From: Trichodelitschia bisporula
Lineage: Eukaryota
Direction of reading: 5' to 3'
Assembly: GCA_010356995.1 (NCBI GenBank)
Contig: ML996689.1
Span: 638,691-702,690 of the forward strand
Length of the DNA: 64,000 nucleotides
Shown here one piece after another: positions 1-11,471 of this stretch; positions within the stretch are counted from its first letter, which is position 1, and each line of letters starts with the position of its first letter. Position numbers and translations under genes: made by a program. The notes below the pieces were generated by a model. The model was given only the letters and a program-made list of their open reading frames with translations, had not been told where the DNA came from and did not search any database.

Positions 1-171
1 GAGGCGTACCAGGCGCAGTTCCAGCAGCCGCAACAGAGTCCAGGGATGGTGCGGTCGCATTCGCAGACGCAGCCGCCGACACCGGTGCATCAGGTGCCCC
101 AGAGCCAGAGGGGGAGCTTGGAAGGGTCGCCGCTGGAGCAGCAGCAGCCTCAGGGACAGCAGCAGCAACTC

Positions 172-242
<71 letters not shown>

Positions 243-429
243 AGCACAACAACCACAACAGCAACAGCAACCGTCAGCATCGCTTCCGCCCGAAGATATT
301 AGCCAGTTGGAGACATTGCAAGACCCGTTACAAATGCACATGGGCATGCACGATCTGGGGCTCAATCTTGACGAATACGATGGGTTCAGGATCGATCCGT
401 TTGAAGACCGGTATGCGGGGATGCTTTAG
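1..429 (+). CDS. 3' end of a glutamine-rich protein (partial; start lies upstream of the window)
   Basis: Frame 1 is open from base 1 to TAG at 427-429. It contains a polyQ tract and an acidic/hydrophobic tail (DLGLNLDEYDGFRIDPFEDRYAGML), as often seen in transcription regulators. Family not identifiable. Confidence 0.7.
139..270 (+). repeat. CAG/CAA microsatellite encoding polyQ
   Basis: (CAG)11 at 175-207 lies within a run of about 23 Gln codons (175-243), flanked by shorter Q runs. Confidence 0.95.
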
Positions 430-1498
430 ATTCGATACACTCTCCTTTCCTTTCTGGGCTTGTATTTCTTTTCCTTGGAGGATCTTTTTTGCTGTGACAG
501 CCTTGCCAGCGAGCATTATAGACATTGGCTTTTTGGTGAGCGTTTTCGTTCCGTCCTTTTTGTGTCTGGGGATGATGGGTTATGGGTCTGGGATATGGGC
601 ATGTTAGGGTCTGGGAGGCGTGTAATGTGTCATGCGAATGTTTTACGGTATTTCCGAGGTTGGTTATCAAGAAGGGTTGGAAGGGAGGCTTCTTTCAGAC
701 TTGTCGTGAGTAGCATAGAGGAGACTAGCTGGGGCAATCTGAAGACGAAGCAAATGTAACATCTTTCGGGCTTAAGAGTCGAGCATGAAGCAGTCACTGC
801 AATGAAGATGCCGTGGGTTAGGCTTGGCTGTCGTAATCTGTGAAGATGCCATGCTGATGTTCTCTTTTAGGAAAGCTGTAAAGCATCCAAGAAATCCTCA
901 AAGCGCTGATCCAACCATCCTCCCCAAATCTCTCAGATATCCCATCCTTATCTCTCTGATCGACAACGGCGGACGTCATACCTCGCGATCGTACTCATAG
1001 CCATCACGGGATCCTACCCCACAAACTCACCCGGTTATGTCAGCGCGTAAGGTACGCCATCCTCCACCCAGGGCTGACGGCGACCTGCATGACCCCCATG
1101 CCTTCTTCCTTGCACACCTGCGTCCATCCGCACTTCTCATTAGCTCAACTCACGGGCAGACAGTCGGGATTCATTGTCTGGCAGCGCGTTGAGGCGAGCA
1201 CCTCATCAAGAAATATATGCACGAAAAACACTGCATGTCCGCTAAGCCCGCTAAGCATTCTGACTACCGTCCCCCCAAGCTCTACTAGCGTCAATGGCTG
1301 ATCCCGCCCGTACTGCGTCCGCCCCGCCTCACCTCTTCCCGACCTGCCGACTTAACGCATGTCTGGCCTCGCCTTCTTCCTAGTCCTGTACTGAAGAGTA
1401 TATATTCACCGCCCGTCGCTCGGCTCCCTGCGTCTCCGACCCTTTGCCCCCTTCTTTCCCTCGCGGCTCCCCTTCCTGGCCCTTCATCCCGCATCAAA

Positions 1499-3758
1499 AT
1501 GCCATCCTCACCCCGCGCCTCCGCCTCCGGCGTCCCACGCCCCTCGGCCGCGCAACGCGCCGGGCCCACCGTGCATCCAAATCCAACCCCCTCCTCCCTG
1601 CTCCAGCGACATAACACACTCGGCTCGCGGGGCACAGGCGCCTCGAAGCGCTCCCGCTGGTGGAAGATACACCCGTTCCGCGGCATGGTGAAGGACGTGC
1701 GGCGGCGCGCGCCCTTCTACGTGAGCGACTGGGTGGATGCGTGGGACTATCGCGTTGTGCCGGCGACGGTGTATATGTATTTTGCTAAGTATGTACTCGT
1801 ATCCGGTGGCGAGGCGGGTGGGAGAATCACATTCCAATTTTTTTTGCGACTCCGGCTCGGCTCCCCTTGTTCTTGGGGGGTTTTTTTTGTCGACCTCGTT
1901 GCTGCGGAGGAGCCGAGGCTGGCGGGTTGGCTTGAGGCGAGTGGTGATGCGAGACTAATGGCTTTGCAGTATTCTGCCTGCGCTCGCCTTCAGCCTCGAT
2001 ATGTTCGTAAAAACGGACGAGAGCTTCGGCGTCAATGAAGTGCTCCTCGCCTCAGTCCTAGGCGCCGTAATCTTCGCCCTCTTCGCCGCGCAGCCGCTGA
2101 CCATCGTCGGCGTGACGGGTGAGGCCTCAACGCAGCACAAATCCATATCACAAAGCCCCCCAACTGGGGGACAGCTAACCGCGTCCCCACAGGCCCAATC
2201 ACGGTCTTCAACTACACAGTCTTCGACATCATGGCCCACCGCACAAACTACTTCGCATTCATGTGCTGGATCGGACTGTTCGTACCGTGCTCCGCCCCCG
2301 ACTAAGCGCTAACGTAGCACGCAGTTGGTCCCTCGTCATGCACTGGATTCTCGCGATTACGAATGCGTGTAACGGGTTGCGCTACGTTACGCGCTTTCCC
2401 TGCGATGTGTTCGGGTTTTATGTCGCGTTTATATACCTGCAGAAGGGAATTCAGGTGCTCACTCGGCAGTGGGAGGCGGGGTCCACGTCCGCGTATCTCT
2501 CGATCACGGTTGCGCTGCTCGTTACGGCTGTTGCTTACATTTGTGGGCTGATCGGGGAGAGTAATTTGTTTCAGCGGCACGTGCGCAAGTTCATCGAGGA
2601 CTATGGCACGCCGTTGGCGCTCATTTTTTTCACGGGCTTCGTGCACATCGGCAAGATGCGCGATGTGGATCTCCTGACTCTGCCAACGACGAAGGCGTTC
2701 CTCCCCACGCTCGACCGCAGCTGGTTCGTGCGCTTCTGGGAGATTCCGGTCGGGGACGTGTTTATCGCCATTCCGTTCGCCATCCTGCTTACCATCCTCT
2801 TCTACTTCGACCACAACGGTGCGTGACCGTCCCCTTCTTCCGTTCCTCTTTAAGCTTGGACCACTGACAGTCCTTAGTCTCCTCCCTCATGGCCCAAGGC
2901 ACCGAATTCCCCCTCCGCAAACCCGCCGGCTTCCACTGGGACATCTTCCTCCTCGGCCTAACCACGGGCGTCGCCGGCCTACTGGGCATCCCCTTCCCAA
3001 ACGGACTGATCCCGCAAGCACCTTTCCACACAACCGCGCTGTGCGTCACTCTGCCCCTTTCCCCGGAGTCTTCGGACGATGAGGAAGCCCACAAAGGGCA
3101 TCCGGAGAAGCGCGCCCCGGACCATGTCGTCGAGCAGCGCGTGAGCAATTTGCTGCAGGGCTTGTTAACGCTGGGCACCATGACCGGGCCGCTGCTCAAG
3201 GTTCTAGCGTTGGTGCCGCAGGGCGTGTTAGCGGGGTTGTTCTTCGTAATGGGCATCCAGGCGCTGGCCGGAAACGGAATCACGCTGAAACTGCTCTTCA
3301 TGGCGCGCGAGCGGTCTCTCACCGCCGCATCCGATGCGCTGCGGAGCATACGGCGGCGCGCAGTGTGGGGCTTCGTTGCGCTTGCGCTGCTGGGTTTCGG
3401 GGCTACGTTCGCGATTACGCAGACGATTGCCGCGATTGGGTTTCCGGTTATTGTTATGGCGCTGGTGCCGTTGCGGACGTGGGTTTTGCCCCGCTGGTTT
3501 AGTGCACAGGAGTTGAGGGTGCTGGATCAGCCGACTGCTGGGGCGTTTGTTATGGAGAGTGTGGGCGGGAATTGGGGGGAGGAGGTTGAGGAAGCGGAGC
3601 CGGGGGTTTGGGCGAGGGAGGGGGAGAGTGTGGTTGAGGAGGCGGATGAGGTTGAGAGAGGAGAGGTGGGGGCAAGGAGACGCAGCTTTAGAGTTGCTAG
3701 TGGAGAAATAAGAAGAGAGGAGGAAGAGGAAATTGAGATGGAGAGGAAGAAGGAGTAG
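1499..3758 (+). CDS. BOR1: SLC4/HCO3- transporter family borate exporter (BOR1-like), 5 exons
   Basis: Motifs RRRAPFYVSDW, YMYFANILPALAFSLDM, AAQPLTIVGVTGP, LFYFDHN, LRKPAGFHWD, NGLIPQAPFHT and VVEQRVSN. Introns at about 1789-1969, 2119-2192, 2279-2323 and 2819-2876 join the ORF fragments in frame. Confidence 0.9.
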
Positions 3759-4508
3759 GGTTGACGTTGGCCTGGGTAGGACTTGACGTCTAAAAGCTTT
3801 GTTGGCTGTCGATTGATGGCTCGGGGTGGCATACATGGTTTGAGCTTGATACTCCTCCTTGCTTAGATGCTAGATTTTCGGCCAGGTAATTGCGCCGGGT
3901 AATGGCCTTCCCTCTGTGCCGGGTAACGGAGGTCCGGCGTTCAGGATACGAGGCTTGTTTTCGGCTTGCCAAGCGGCACGTGCGATCTCATTTAGAGGGC
4001 GGAGCTTAACGCAAGGCTGATATCGAAGCTCCAGGACGAAGGCTGAGCACGAATTAGCATGCTGTTCAAAGCGCAAAGGGGCGTATCGACCTTTAGCATC
4101 CTACCCTAAAAATGCAACTCCAGTATAGTGGCCACGCCGACCTCACCCGCATGTGGAGACAGACTTCACGTATGGTTGTTCTTGAGTGCCTCTCGTCTCT
4201 CTCCTCTTCTTCATCGTTCATCAACTCTTCACTTTGCACTGTAGCCTTTTGCACGTATCAAGCCCAACCTTATACCTCCATCAAGACGCAGCGACGGAAC
4301 GTCACGCAACGCTCATATCACCGCAGCAATACGACCCTCGGGTACAAAGTGGCATAGCATTGCAAGCGCAACGGGGCGCGTCGAACCGTAACGCTCCTCT
4401 TCTTTTACATCCTCCTTCTTACACCTGACCAATCTATCCCAACCCCCAAAAATGCAAAATGCAAAAAAAGTGCCACCCCCCATCCCAGCCTCACCCACCG
4501 CTGACAGA

Positions 4509-5483
4509 TCAAAGGCTATTCTCCAGCTTCAACAACTCCCGAGTTCCCTCCTCCACCGCCTTGACCTCTTCCTCATTTAGCCGCCGCAGCGGCCTCCGTG
4601 GGTACCCGCCGTAGCCAAAGTAGCTCTGCAGCGCGCTCTTCGTCCCCGGAATCGCTGTCTTCGTCAGCACCCAATCCCCCGTACTCAGCACCTTCTGCAA
4701 CGCAATCGCCTCTGCGTATTTTCCTTCTCTCCACAAGTCCCAAATCTTCACACAAGTCTTCGGCACCACATTCGCCCCCCCTGCAATAACCCCACTTCCC
4801 CCACTAACCGCCGTCTGAACCGTAAAATCAGCCATCCCGCCAAAACACATGTACCTGTCAATCCCTCCTTGACTCCCATCTTCCCCTATCCACACCGCAT
4901 CCGTCGCCCTAGCAACCCGCGTCAGCTTCCCCGTGTTGCCGCACGTGAACTTCGTGCCCACGATGTTCGGATGCGCGGCAAGCCGGATCAGCAGGTCTGA
5001 GTCCATGTCTATGCCCGCGACGGCGCCGGGGTAGTTGTACAGCACCAGCGGGAGGGGACTCGCATCCGCAACCGCAGTAAAGTACGCCTCGAGTCGGGGC
5101 TCGTCCATGGCGTAGCGGTAGTAGGACGGCGGGACGAGTAGCGTGTATTCGCCCCCCGCGGCGGCGGCGGCTTCACAGAGCTCCACCGTGCCGCGGATCG
5201 ATTGTGCGGAGCAGCCCACGATGACGGGGATGTGGCTGAACCCGGCTTCATCGAGAGCGGACCGCGCGGCTTGCGTCAGCCGGGTTTGCTCGGGGAGGGA
5301 CAGGTGCACGGCTTCGCCGTTCGAGCCCATCGTTATGATCCCCTGGAGGCCCGCCTGCGCTAGCCGCGTGATGTGCTTTTGGAACGTCGGGATGTCCAGA
5401 TCCTCAGTCTCAGGGTCGAAGAAGGTCATTACCGGGGCGTAGATGCCGGGACGCAGGGAGTTGCGGGGCGGGGGCGGCGTCAT
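4509..5483 (-). CDS. gaaC: 2-keto-3-deoxy-L-galactonate aldolase (DHDPS family; D-galacturonate pathway)
   Basis: Intronless, 324 aa. LRPGIYAPVMTFF, GSNGEAVHL, LYNYPGAVAGIDMDSD and GTKFTCGNTGKLTRV closely match fungal GaaC/LGA1. Head-to-head with gaaA. Confidence 0.92.
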   Translation of the reverse strand: MTPPPPRNSLRPGIYAPVMTFFDPETEDLDIPTFQKHITRLAQAGLQGIITMGSNGEAVHLSLPEQTRLTQAARSALDEAGFSHIPVIVGCSAQSIRGTVELCEAAAAAGGEYTLLVPPSYYRYAMDEPRLEAYFTAVADASPLPLVLYNYPGAVAGIDMDSDLLIRLAAHPNIVGTKFTCGNTGKLTRVARATDAVWIGEDGSQGGIDRYMCFGGMADFTVQTAVSGGSGVIAGGANVVPKTCVKIWDLWREGKYAEAIALQKVLSTGDWVLTKTAIPGTKSALQSYFGYGGYPRRPLRRLNEEEVKAVEEGTRELLKLENSL

Positions 5484-6479
5484 CGTGGGGCTGTGGATGT
5501 GCGGCGTGGTGATGGTGGGGAAGGCCTTGCGGATCGTGGGACAATCGGGCAGCGCGGCACGCGGCTTAAGGCCCCAAGCAGCTGCCCGCGCATTCGGGGA
5601 GATTAGGAGCTAAGCGGGCGCCGGGCCTGCGCGATTTGCGATATGCCTGTCAGCCTGCTGCGGGTGCGCAATAGCCTGGGGGTCTGGATCGGGGGCGTTT
5701 TTGCGGGGGTGGGGAAAGGCGGAGGAGGGGGGTTTACCTAAGAGGGCTTGCTCTGGGCGGCGGGATGGTCCGATGGTGGATGGGGCTGCATGCGGCAGTG
5801 TTGAGCCTGACGATGCCGCAATACCTAAAGTGGACGACGGTCTGGAGCCTGGCGATCGGCGAAGGGCTGGGGGGGGGGCTTGTAAAGTGATCGGCAGTCG
5901 CTCCGAGAGGTGTGCGTGGGCCCGGCGTGCTCGGGGAGCTTGTGGAGTGAGAATTCGGTCCGCCGCTGTCGTTGGTGGAATCGCGGCCTCGGGCCGGGGC
6001 GAGATGTTCCGTCAATCACGATGCCGCGTGGCGGCCCCAGCTGCACCCCGCATGCGGTGCATTGCGGGAATAGTGCAGGCGTGGGTCGATGAAGAAAAAG
6101 GTGAAGAGGGCAGGGCCGGATTGGGCCTGGATGCAGATGTGGTGACATAACTGTGTAACCCGCTCGGCGCCGCGGGCCGAGTAGGTGGTGCAGAGCGCGG
6201 GAATATGGAGCGTAGTACGGAGGTGTCAGCCTCGTGTGCCGGGTGGGATAGGGTGCCGGCGCCAATGGCAATCAATTCTTGCAATTTACATCCGTCGCGT
6301 TTGCGCCGGAATAGCCCTCGGCGAGGGCTGGCGGATTGGGCCCTTGATTCCGCTGTCCATCACCAGCCCGACGTTGTGCTGACTGCCTCTCACCATTTCA
6401 TCGGCGCCTCTTCCCGGCTTCATCGCTGCATTCGTGACTCCAGCTCGTAGCAGCGTCATCCACACTGCGTACCGCAGCA
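5484..6479. promoter_or_regulatory. Bidirectional gaaC/gaaA promoter with a GARE core (TTGGTGG = CCACCAA reverse, 5972-5978) and several CreA-type SYGGRG sites
   Basis: Divergent ATGs at 5483 and 6480. GTTGGTGGA at 5971-5979 reads TCCACCAAC on the minus strand and matches the GaaR element core CCNCCAA. The shared promoter of this pair is established in Aspergillus and relatives. Confidence 0.7.
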
Positions 6480-7883
6480 ATGGCGCCTCTCAACGTCCTC
6501 ATGGTTTGGAACCTCCCTCCCATTATGTCGTCTGTCCTAACCGTTCTTAGGTCGGCACCGGCGAATACACAACCGGCTTCACCGGCAGCGGCGCCTCCCA
6601 ATCCGACAAAAAAGTCGGCGTCGTAGGCCTCACGCTCTTCGACCTGCGCCGGCGCGACAAGGTCGGGGAGCTGAGCATGGTCGGCACCACGGGGAGCAAG
6701 TACCCAGCGATCCGTCCGTCCCCCTTCAAACCCCCCCTTCAAGCCTCCCCTAACGCCCCCAGGCGAGCACCTGCACAAGAACATAACCCAAGTGTACAAC
6801 GGCCTCGACACAACCTTCGCATCCTACCCCTCGGATGATGCTCGCGATCCCGAAGCCTACAAAGCCGCAATCGACGCCCTCTCCGAAGGCGACGCAATCA
6901 CAATCTTCACCCCGGACACCACGCACTTCCCGATAGCGCTCTACGCCATCGAACGGCGCATCCACGTGCTCATCACCAAGCCCGCCGTCAAGACGCTGGC
7001 GCACCACCAGGCTCTCATCGCTGCGGCCAGGGAGCACAATGTATTCGTCTACATCGAGCATCACAAGCGGTATGACCCGGCGTACGCGGATGCGCGGCAC
7101 AAGGCGCGCACGGCGCTAGGGGAGTTTAATTACTTCTACAGCTACATGAGTCAGCCGAAGAGTCAGCTTAAGACGTTCAGTGCGTGGGCGGGGAGGGAGA
7201 GTGATATATCCTACTACCTGAATTCGCATCATGTGGATGTGTGCGAGAGCATGGTACCGGAGTACAAGCCTGTGCAGGTGAGCGCGAGTGGCAGCACGGG
7301 CATAGCGACGGGGCTGGGGTGCGTGGAGGGGACGGAGGATACGATTACGCTCTTAGTGGACTGGGTGCGCAAGGATGGGAGTGGGAAGAGGGCGACGGGT
7401 GTGTATACTGCGAGTTGGACGGCGCCGGGGGGGGCGGGCGTGCATAGCAATCAGTATTTTCATTATTTGGGCAGTAAAGGGGAGATTAGGATCAATCAGG
7501 CGAAGAGGGGGTATGATGTTACGGAGGATGAGAGTGGGATTGCTTGGTATAATCCGTGAGTTTTTGAATTACTTCTAGGGGGTTGGTTTGTTTGGGAGGG
7601 TTTGCTGATGTGGAGCAGATTCTACATGAAGTACGCACCGGATGAGGCGGGGAATTTTGCTGGGCAGTCAGGGTATGGCTATGTCTCCTTTGAGAAGTTT
7701 GTTGATGCTGTCAACGATCTCAAGGAAGGCAGGGTCACGCTCGACGAGCTGGATCAGCGGGGTCTGCCTACTATTAAAAACACCATTGCCACTGCGGCCA
7801 TTCTAGAAGCGGGACGCAGGTCGTTGGACGAGGGGCGTTCCATCAAGATTGTCGAGGGGGCTGATGGGTGGACATTGGAGTAA
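6480..7883 (+). CDS. gaaA: D-galacturonate reductase (GFO/IDH/MocA-like), 4 exons
   Basis: Spliced protein begins [18 protein letters not shown] and contains [42 protein letters not shown] and [11 protein letters not shown]. Introns at 6504-6550, 6714-6762 and 7556-7618. Confidence 0.93.
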
Positions 7884-8301
7884 TTCGAGAGTACTATTGC
7901 GGGGGGTCTCAGAGCGTATGTCTCCGCTGGTGTCGCAGAGCATGAGGTGAGCATGGCTCCTGACTGGAGGGACGAAGTGTAGGTGGCGAGCTCAAGCGGG
8001 AGCGAGGAGTGTCGATGATGCACTCAGGGATATTCTCGAGATTTGCTGAAGGGGAGTAGGGAGGGTCGATGATGCGCTGAGGGAAGTCCGGAGCAAGAGG
8101 GTCGGCGAGTACTTTTGGTGTTTAGCATGGAGCACTTGTCACAGATGCCTGTTACCAGTGTGCATTCTCCCAAAAAAAAATGGAAACGAGCTATGGTACT
8201 TCATGGCTCGCATTCGGCCGGGTATCTTCAAAAGCAAAGCACCCCAACGCCTACAATGCCCAAAAAGTCCAAAAAGGGTTGAGCTCGAGCTTGCGCTTTC
8301 A

Positions 8302-8795
8302 TTACTCACGCCACATCTTGCCACAATCACAGCACTACATCATTAGCATGTTCACAAGGAGAGAGGAATATACCCACCTTGAAGAAGCTGGTCATGGGCT
8401 CATCCGCACTCCGAATCTGCAGCTGGTAGAAGTACGCCATGGTCGAATCGCAAGTGTCGCTCGGGCACTGGACTATTCGCGGATCAGCAACAGCCCCACA
8501 AACACAGATTCACAAAGCTGACCTTGAGTCTTATCGACATTGTCCCACGCGCCCTTGCCACCCAAGATATCATCAACCTCCTTGCGCTTGAACGTCTTGC
8601 GCTCGTAGTAGCGCTTCTCCAACTGGTAGCTGTACGGGCAGGTGCGACACTCGAACCGGTTGCGGCCGTGAGCACTGGTGTCGGGATCGGTGTAGGAGAC
8701 ACGCGTTACCGTGAGCATGTTGGAGCAGTGGGGGCAGACTGTGCTTTGATTAGCTGGAGCGGGGTGGAGGGGTAGAGACACGTACAGAGCAGCAT
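8302..8795 (-). CDS. RPC11: RNA polymerase III subunit C11, 4 exons
   Basis: MLLFCPHCSNML...FECRTCPY...QLQIRSADEPMTSFFKCCDCGKMWRE: two zinc ribbons and the TFIIS-like RSADEP motif. Three GT-AG introns. Confidence 0.93.
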
Positions 8796-9319
8796 GACGC
8801 CGGTCGCTGAAGGAAGAGAAGTGTAGCGGAGATTCGAGATTCCAGAGGTGCCAATGGACCAAGATGGCTGGTTGAAAGCCCGAAAGCGAAAGTCGACGGT
8901 GTCCAACGCCGAAGAGTGCTGGTGATGGTGAGTGGACGCGGCGGCGGAGAAGATAAAATGTTCGCAGAGGTGAACATGGCCCTCGGTCTGTGGCGGTGCA
9001 ATCCTCAAGCCACTAAGCACGAGCCAGCGGATGGAGGAACGCTAATCCATATGCGGAGTGACAGGTGTGGCTAGTATTGACGCCTTAGCGCCTGACGACT
9101 GAGACGACAGCACCCCCCGCGCCGCAGACATACAAGTGAGACTCGCGAGGAACCGGCCCCCGAATCACTGCACCTCCCGCTCTCCAAGTCTCTCGGTACT
9201 TATACCAGTGCACAACCGCTCCACGGCATACCAACCAGCACTCCCACACTCCTCCACCCCGCAGGACTCTGCAGCTACCCCTCCTCACCCCCTCGATCCC
9301 CATTTCTCTGCCTATAAAC

Positions 9320-9963
9320 ATGGCCGACCAGGTAGCACCCTCCTCCTCCCCCTCCTCCCCTATACCACACACTAATACGCCCAGGGCGCCTCCCCCCGCG
9401 AGCAAGTCCTCGAAGCCTGCCGCCGCAACAACACCGAGCTCCTAGAAGAAGTCTTCGCCTCCATCACCAGCTCCAGCAAATCCGCCCGCAAAGACGCAGA
9501 CGCGGAAATCGCCTCGCTACTCAACAACGCGCGCGATGGAATCGGGTCCGGCGTGCTCCACATCGCAGCCTCAGCCGGCGGGTATGAAGTACTGGACCTT
9601 TTGCTCGACCAGCCCGGCCTCGAAGTCGACGAGTTGGACCGTATGGAGGGGGACACGCCGCTGCACAAGGCGGTGCGGTATGTGAATGAAAGCGACAAGG
9701 CGGATTGGGAGCATGCAATACAGGTTGTGGATATCCTGCTCGACGCCGGGTGTGACCCTAGGTACGGCCCCGGGCACGCGGAGATCGACACTACTGACGA
9801 GGGCAGAATACGGAATAAGGCGAAGCTGACGCCGCGTGAGCTGGCGGACCCGCGGAATACGGAACTGCGGAGCATGTTGCAGAAGGCGGAATATGCGTTG
9901 ATGGTGCAGGGGGATGTGGTCGATGATGACGATGATGGTGGCAGCGGGTCTGAGACTGACTAG
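9320..9963 (+). CDS. Small ankyrin-repeat protein, 3 exons
   Basis: MADQ|GASPREQVLEACRRNN...LHIAA...MEGDTPLHKAV...LLDAGCDPR|IRNK with an acidic tail. Introns at 9332-9384 and 9762-9806. Confidence 0.85.
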
Positions 9964-10214
9964 ACGTGCTTGGGGCGTTGGTGTTTACAGGCCTGGGCGG
10001 GTTTGGATGTGTACGGTGGTGACGGCGTTGAATTGTAGATGAGGCGTCGTTGGAGGCATCTTAATGGGCATAGAGAATACATCGCGGCTGGATGGGGTAT
10101 AAAGCGTGCCTCGCGATGCCACAGCATTTCCAACCCTGAACATAACCCAGCTCAAAACCACTCTAACTCCTAATCCACCCATCCCAGTCCCACACACATC
10201 CGAACTGCCTCCCT

Positions 10215-10874
10215 TCAACCTCCCCCCTTAACCCTCCACCTCAACTCAACCTTCCGCTCCATCCTCCTCTCATCCTCCAACTTCCCCACCTCCTCCGCCA
10301 CCCGCTCATTCCCCATCCTCCCCTCCCTCCGTCTCCTCGCAACACTCCTCGCCTTCTCCCCTAACTCCAACACCATCCGCTCTATCTCCATTTCCAGCGC
10401 AGCCGCGCTCCGACACCCGTACCCCGCCACCAGCGCCGCCGCCATATCTTCGACGCTCGCGGTGTCGGGCACGACGTCGTGTGTCCCGCGGAGGGGGGCG
10501 TGGGGGGCGTAGATGCTGGACCCGCGGGCTGGCAACGGGATGGGCAATGTCGCGTGTAGGAGCGGGCCTGTCCGCGCGGCCGATGTGAGAGGTATAATCG
10601 CGGGCGCGGCGGGCGGAGAGGCGCGAGGTGATGTGGGCGTAGGCAGCATCGCAGCGTCAACGTCGGCCAAGGGAGTCGTAGAACCAGCGTTGAAGTGGTT
10701 CGCATTCATCGAGTTGGTCGTGTGAGCGCCGGAGTAGTGCGCACCCACCACGCCGTTCATATTAACCTTCACATTCTCGTCCGTAGGCGGCGGCGGCCGT
10801 GGTGAGAGGAGCAGTTCCTCGAGCGCGTCTTCGAAGGCGGGATCGTAGGCGGGTATTGGGGGTGTTGAGGCCAT
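10215..10874 (-). CDS. Hypothetical protein (Pro/Ala-rich N-terminus, charged coiled-coil-like C-terminus)
   Basis: Open frame 10215-10946. The ATG at 10874 has good context (ACCACAATGG). The C-terminus LEMEIERMVLELGEKAR...EDERRMERKVELRW looks like real protein, but no family is recognised. Confidence 0.55.
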   Translation of the reverse strand: MASTPPIPAYDPAFEDALEELLLSPRPPPPTDENVKVNMNGVVGAHYSGAHTTNSMNANHFNAGSTTPLADVDAAMLPTPTSPRASPPAAPAIIPLTSAARTGPLLHATLPIPLPARGSSIYAPHAPLRGTHDVVPDTASVEDMAAALVAGYGCRSAAALEMEIERMVLELGEKARSVARRRREGRMGNERVAEEVGKLEDERRMERKVELRWRVKGGG

Positions 10875-11079
10875 TGTGGTGTTGGTTGTGGATACTGCGG
10901 GCGCACGCGCGGTGGAGTGAGCGCCGGCCGCAGGGTGCGGGTGCATGCCAAGCCCCGCCGCCCGCCTCCGCCGCCGGCGCCGCTGCTGCTGGGGGGAGGC
11001 AAGGCGCAGGGCGGACGACGCGCGAAGGACTTCACATTACAACTTCCCCACTCCACTACCCTAAGGCCATAAGTACAAA

Positions 11080-11471
11080 ATGGTATATCTCCTCTCCGCT
11101 TCGATTCCCTGAAGCACCATGCTAAACCCTCTAGGCCGACAAACTCCGCGCCCAGCAACAACTCGAACAACTGCAAGCGCGGTACGTGGGCACCGGGCAC
11201 GCGGACACGACCAAATTCGAGTGGACGAGCAATATCGCGCGGGACACGTATGCTACGGTTGTGGGACACCCGCCGCTGCTTGCGTTTACGGCGATAGGGA
11301 TGGGGGAGGCGAGGGAGAAGGTTAGGGCGGGGATGATTGAGGTATGTTTGAACACTGGTGGATGGGGAGGAAGGGTGGGGGATGGGAGATGGAAGGGGTA
11401 TAAGGGTGGTGCTGATGGGAATACAGAAGATGATTCAGCCGGTTGGGAAGCCGCCGGAGGTGCAGGATTAG
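11080..11471 (+). CDS. SF3B5: Splicing factor 3B subunit 5 (SF3b10/Ysf3), 3 exons
   Basis: M|ADKLRAQQQLEQLQARYVGTGHADTTKFEWTSNIARDTY...|KMIQPVGKPP. Introns at 11083-11134 and 11342-11426. Confidence 0.92.

Noticed and set aside
150..365. Poly-Cys ORF on the minus strand
   Set aside because: Antisense reading of the CAG repeat.
1294..1394. Two short upstream ORFs before BOR1 (1294-1383 and 1359-1394), recalling boron-responsive uORFs in plants
   Set aside because: The TSS is unknown. A TATA-like element near 1400 or a possible 5' UTR intron (about 1310-1383) could exclude them from the mRNA.
5701..6450. Several 60-150 aa ORFs in the gaaC/gaaA spacer
   Set aside because: GC-rich promoter DNA with no recognisable protein motifs.
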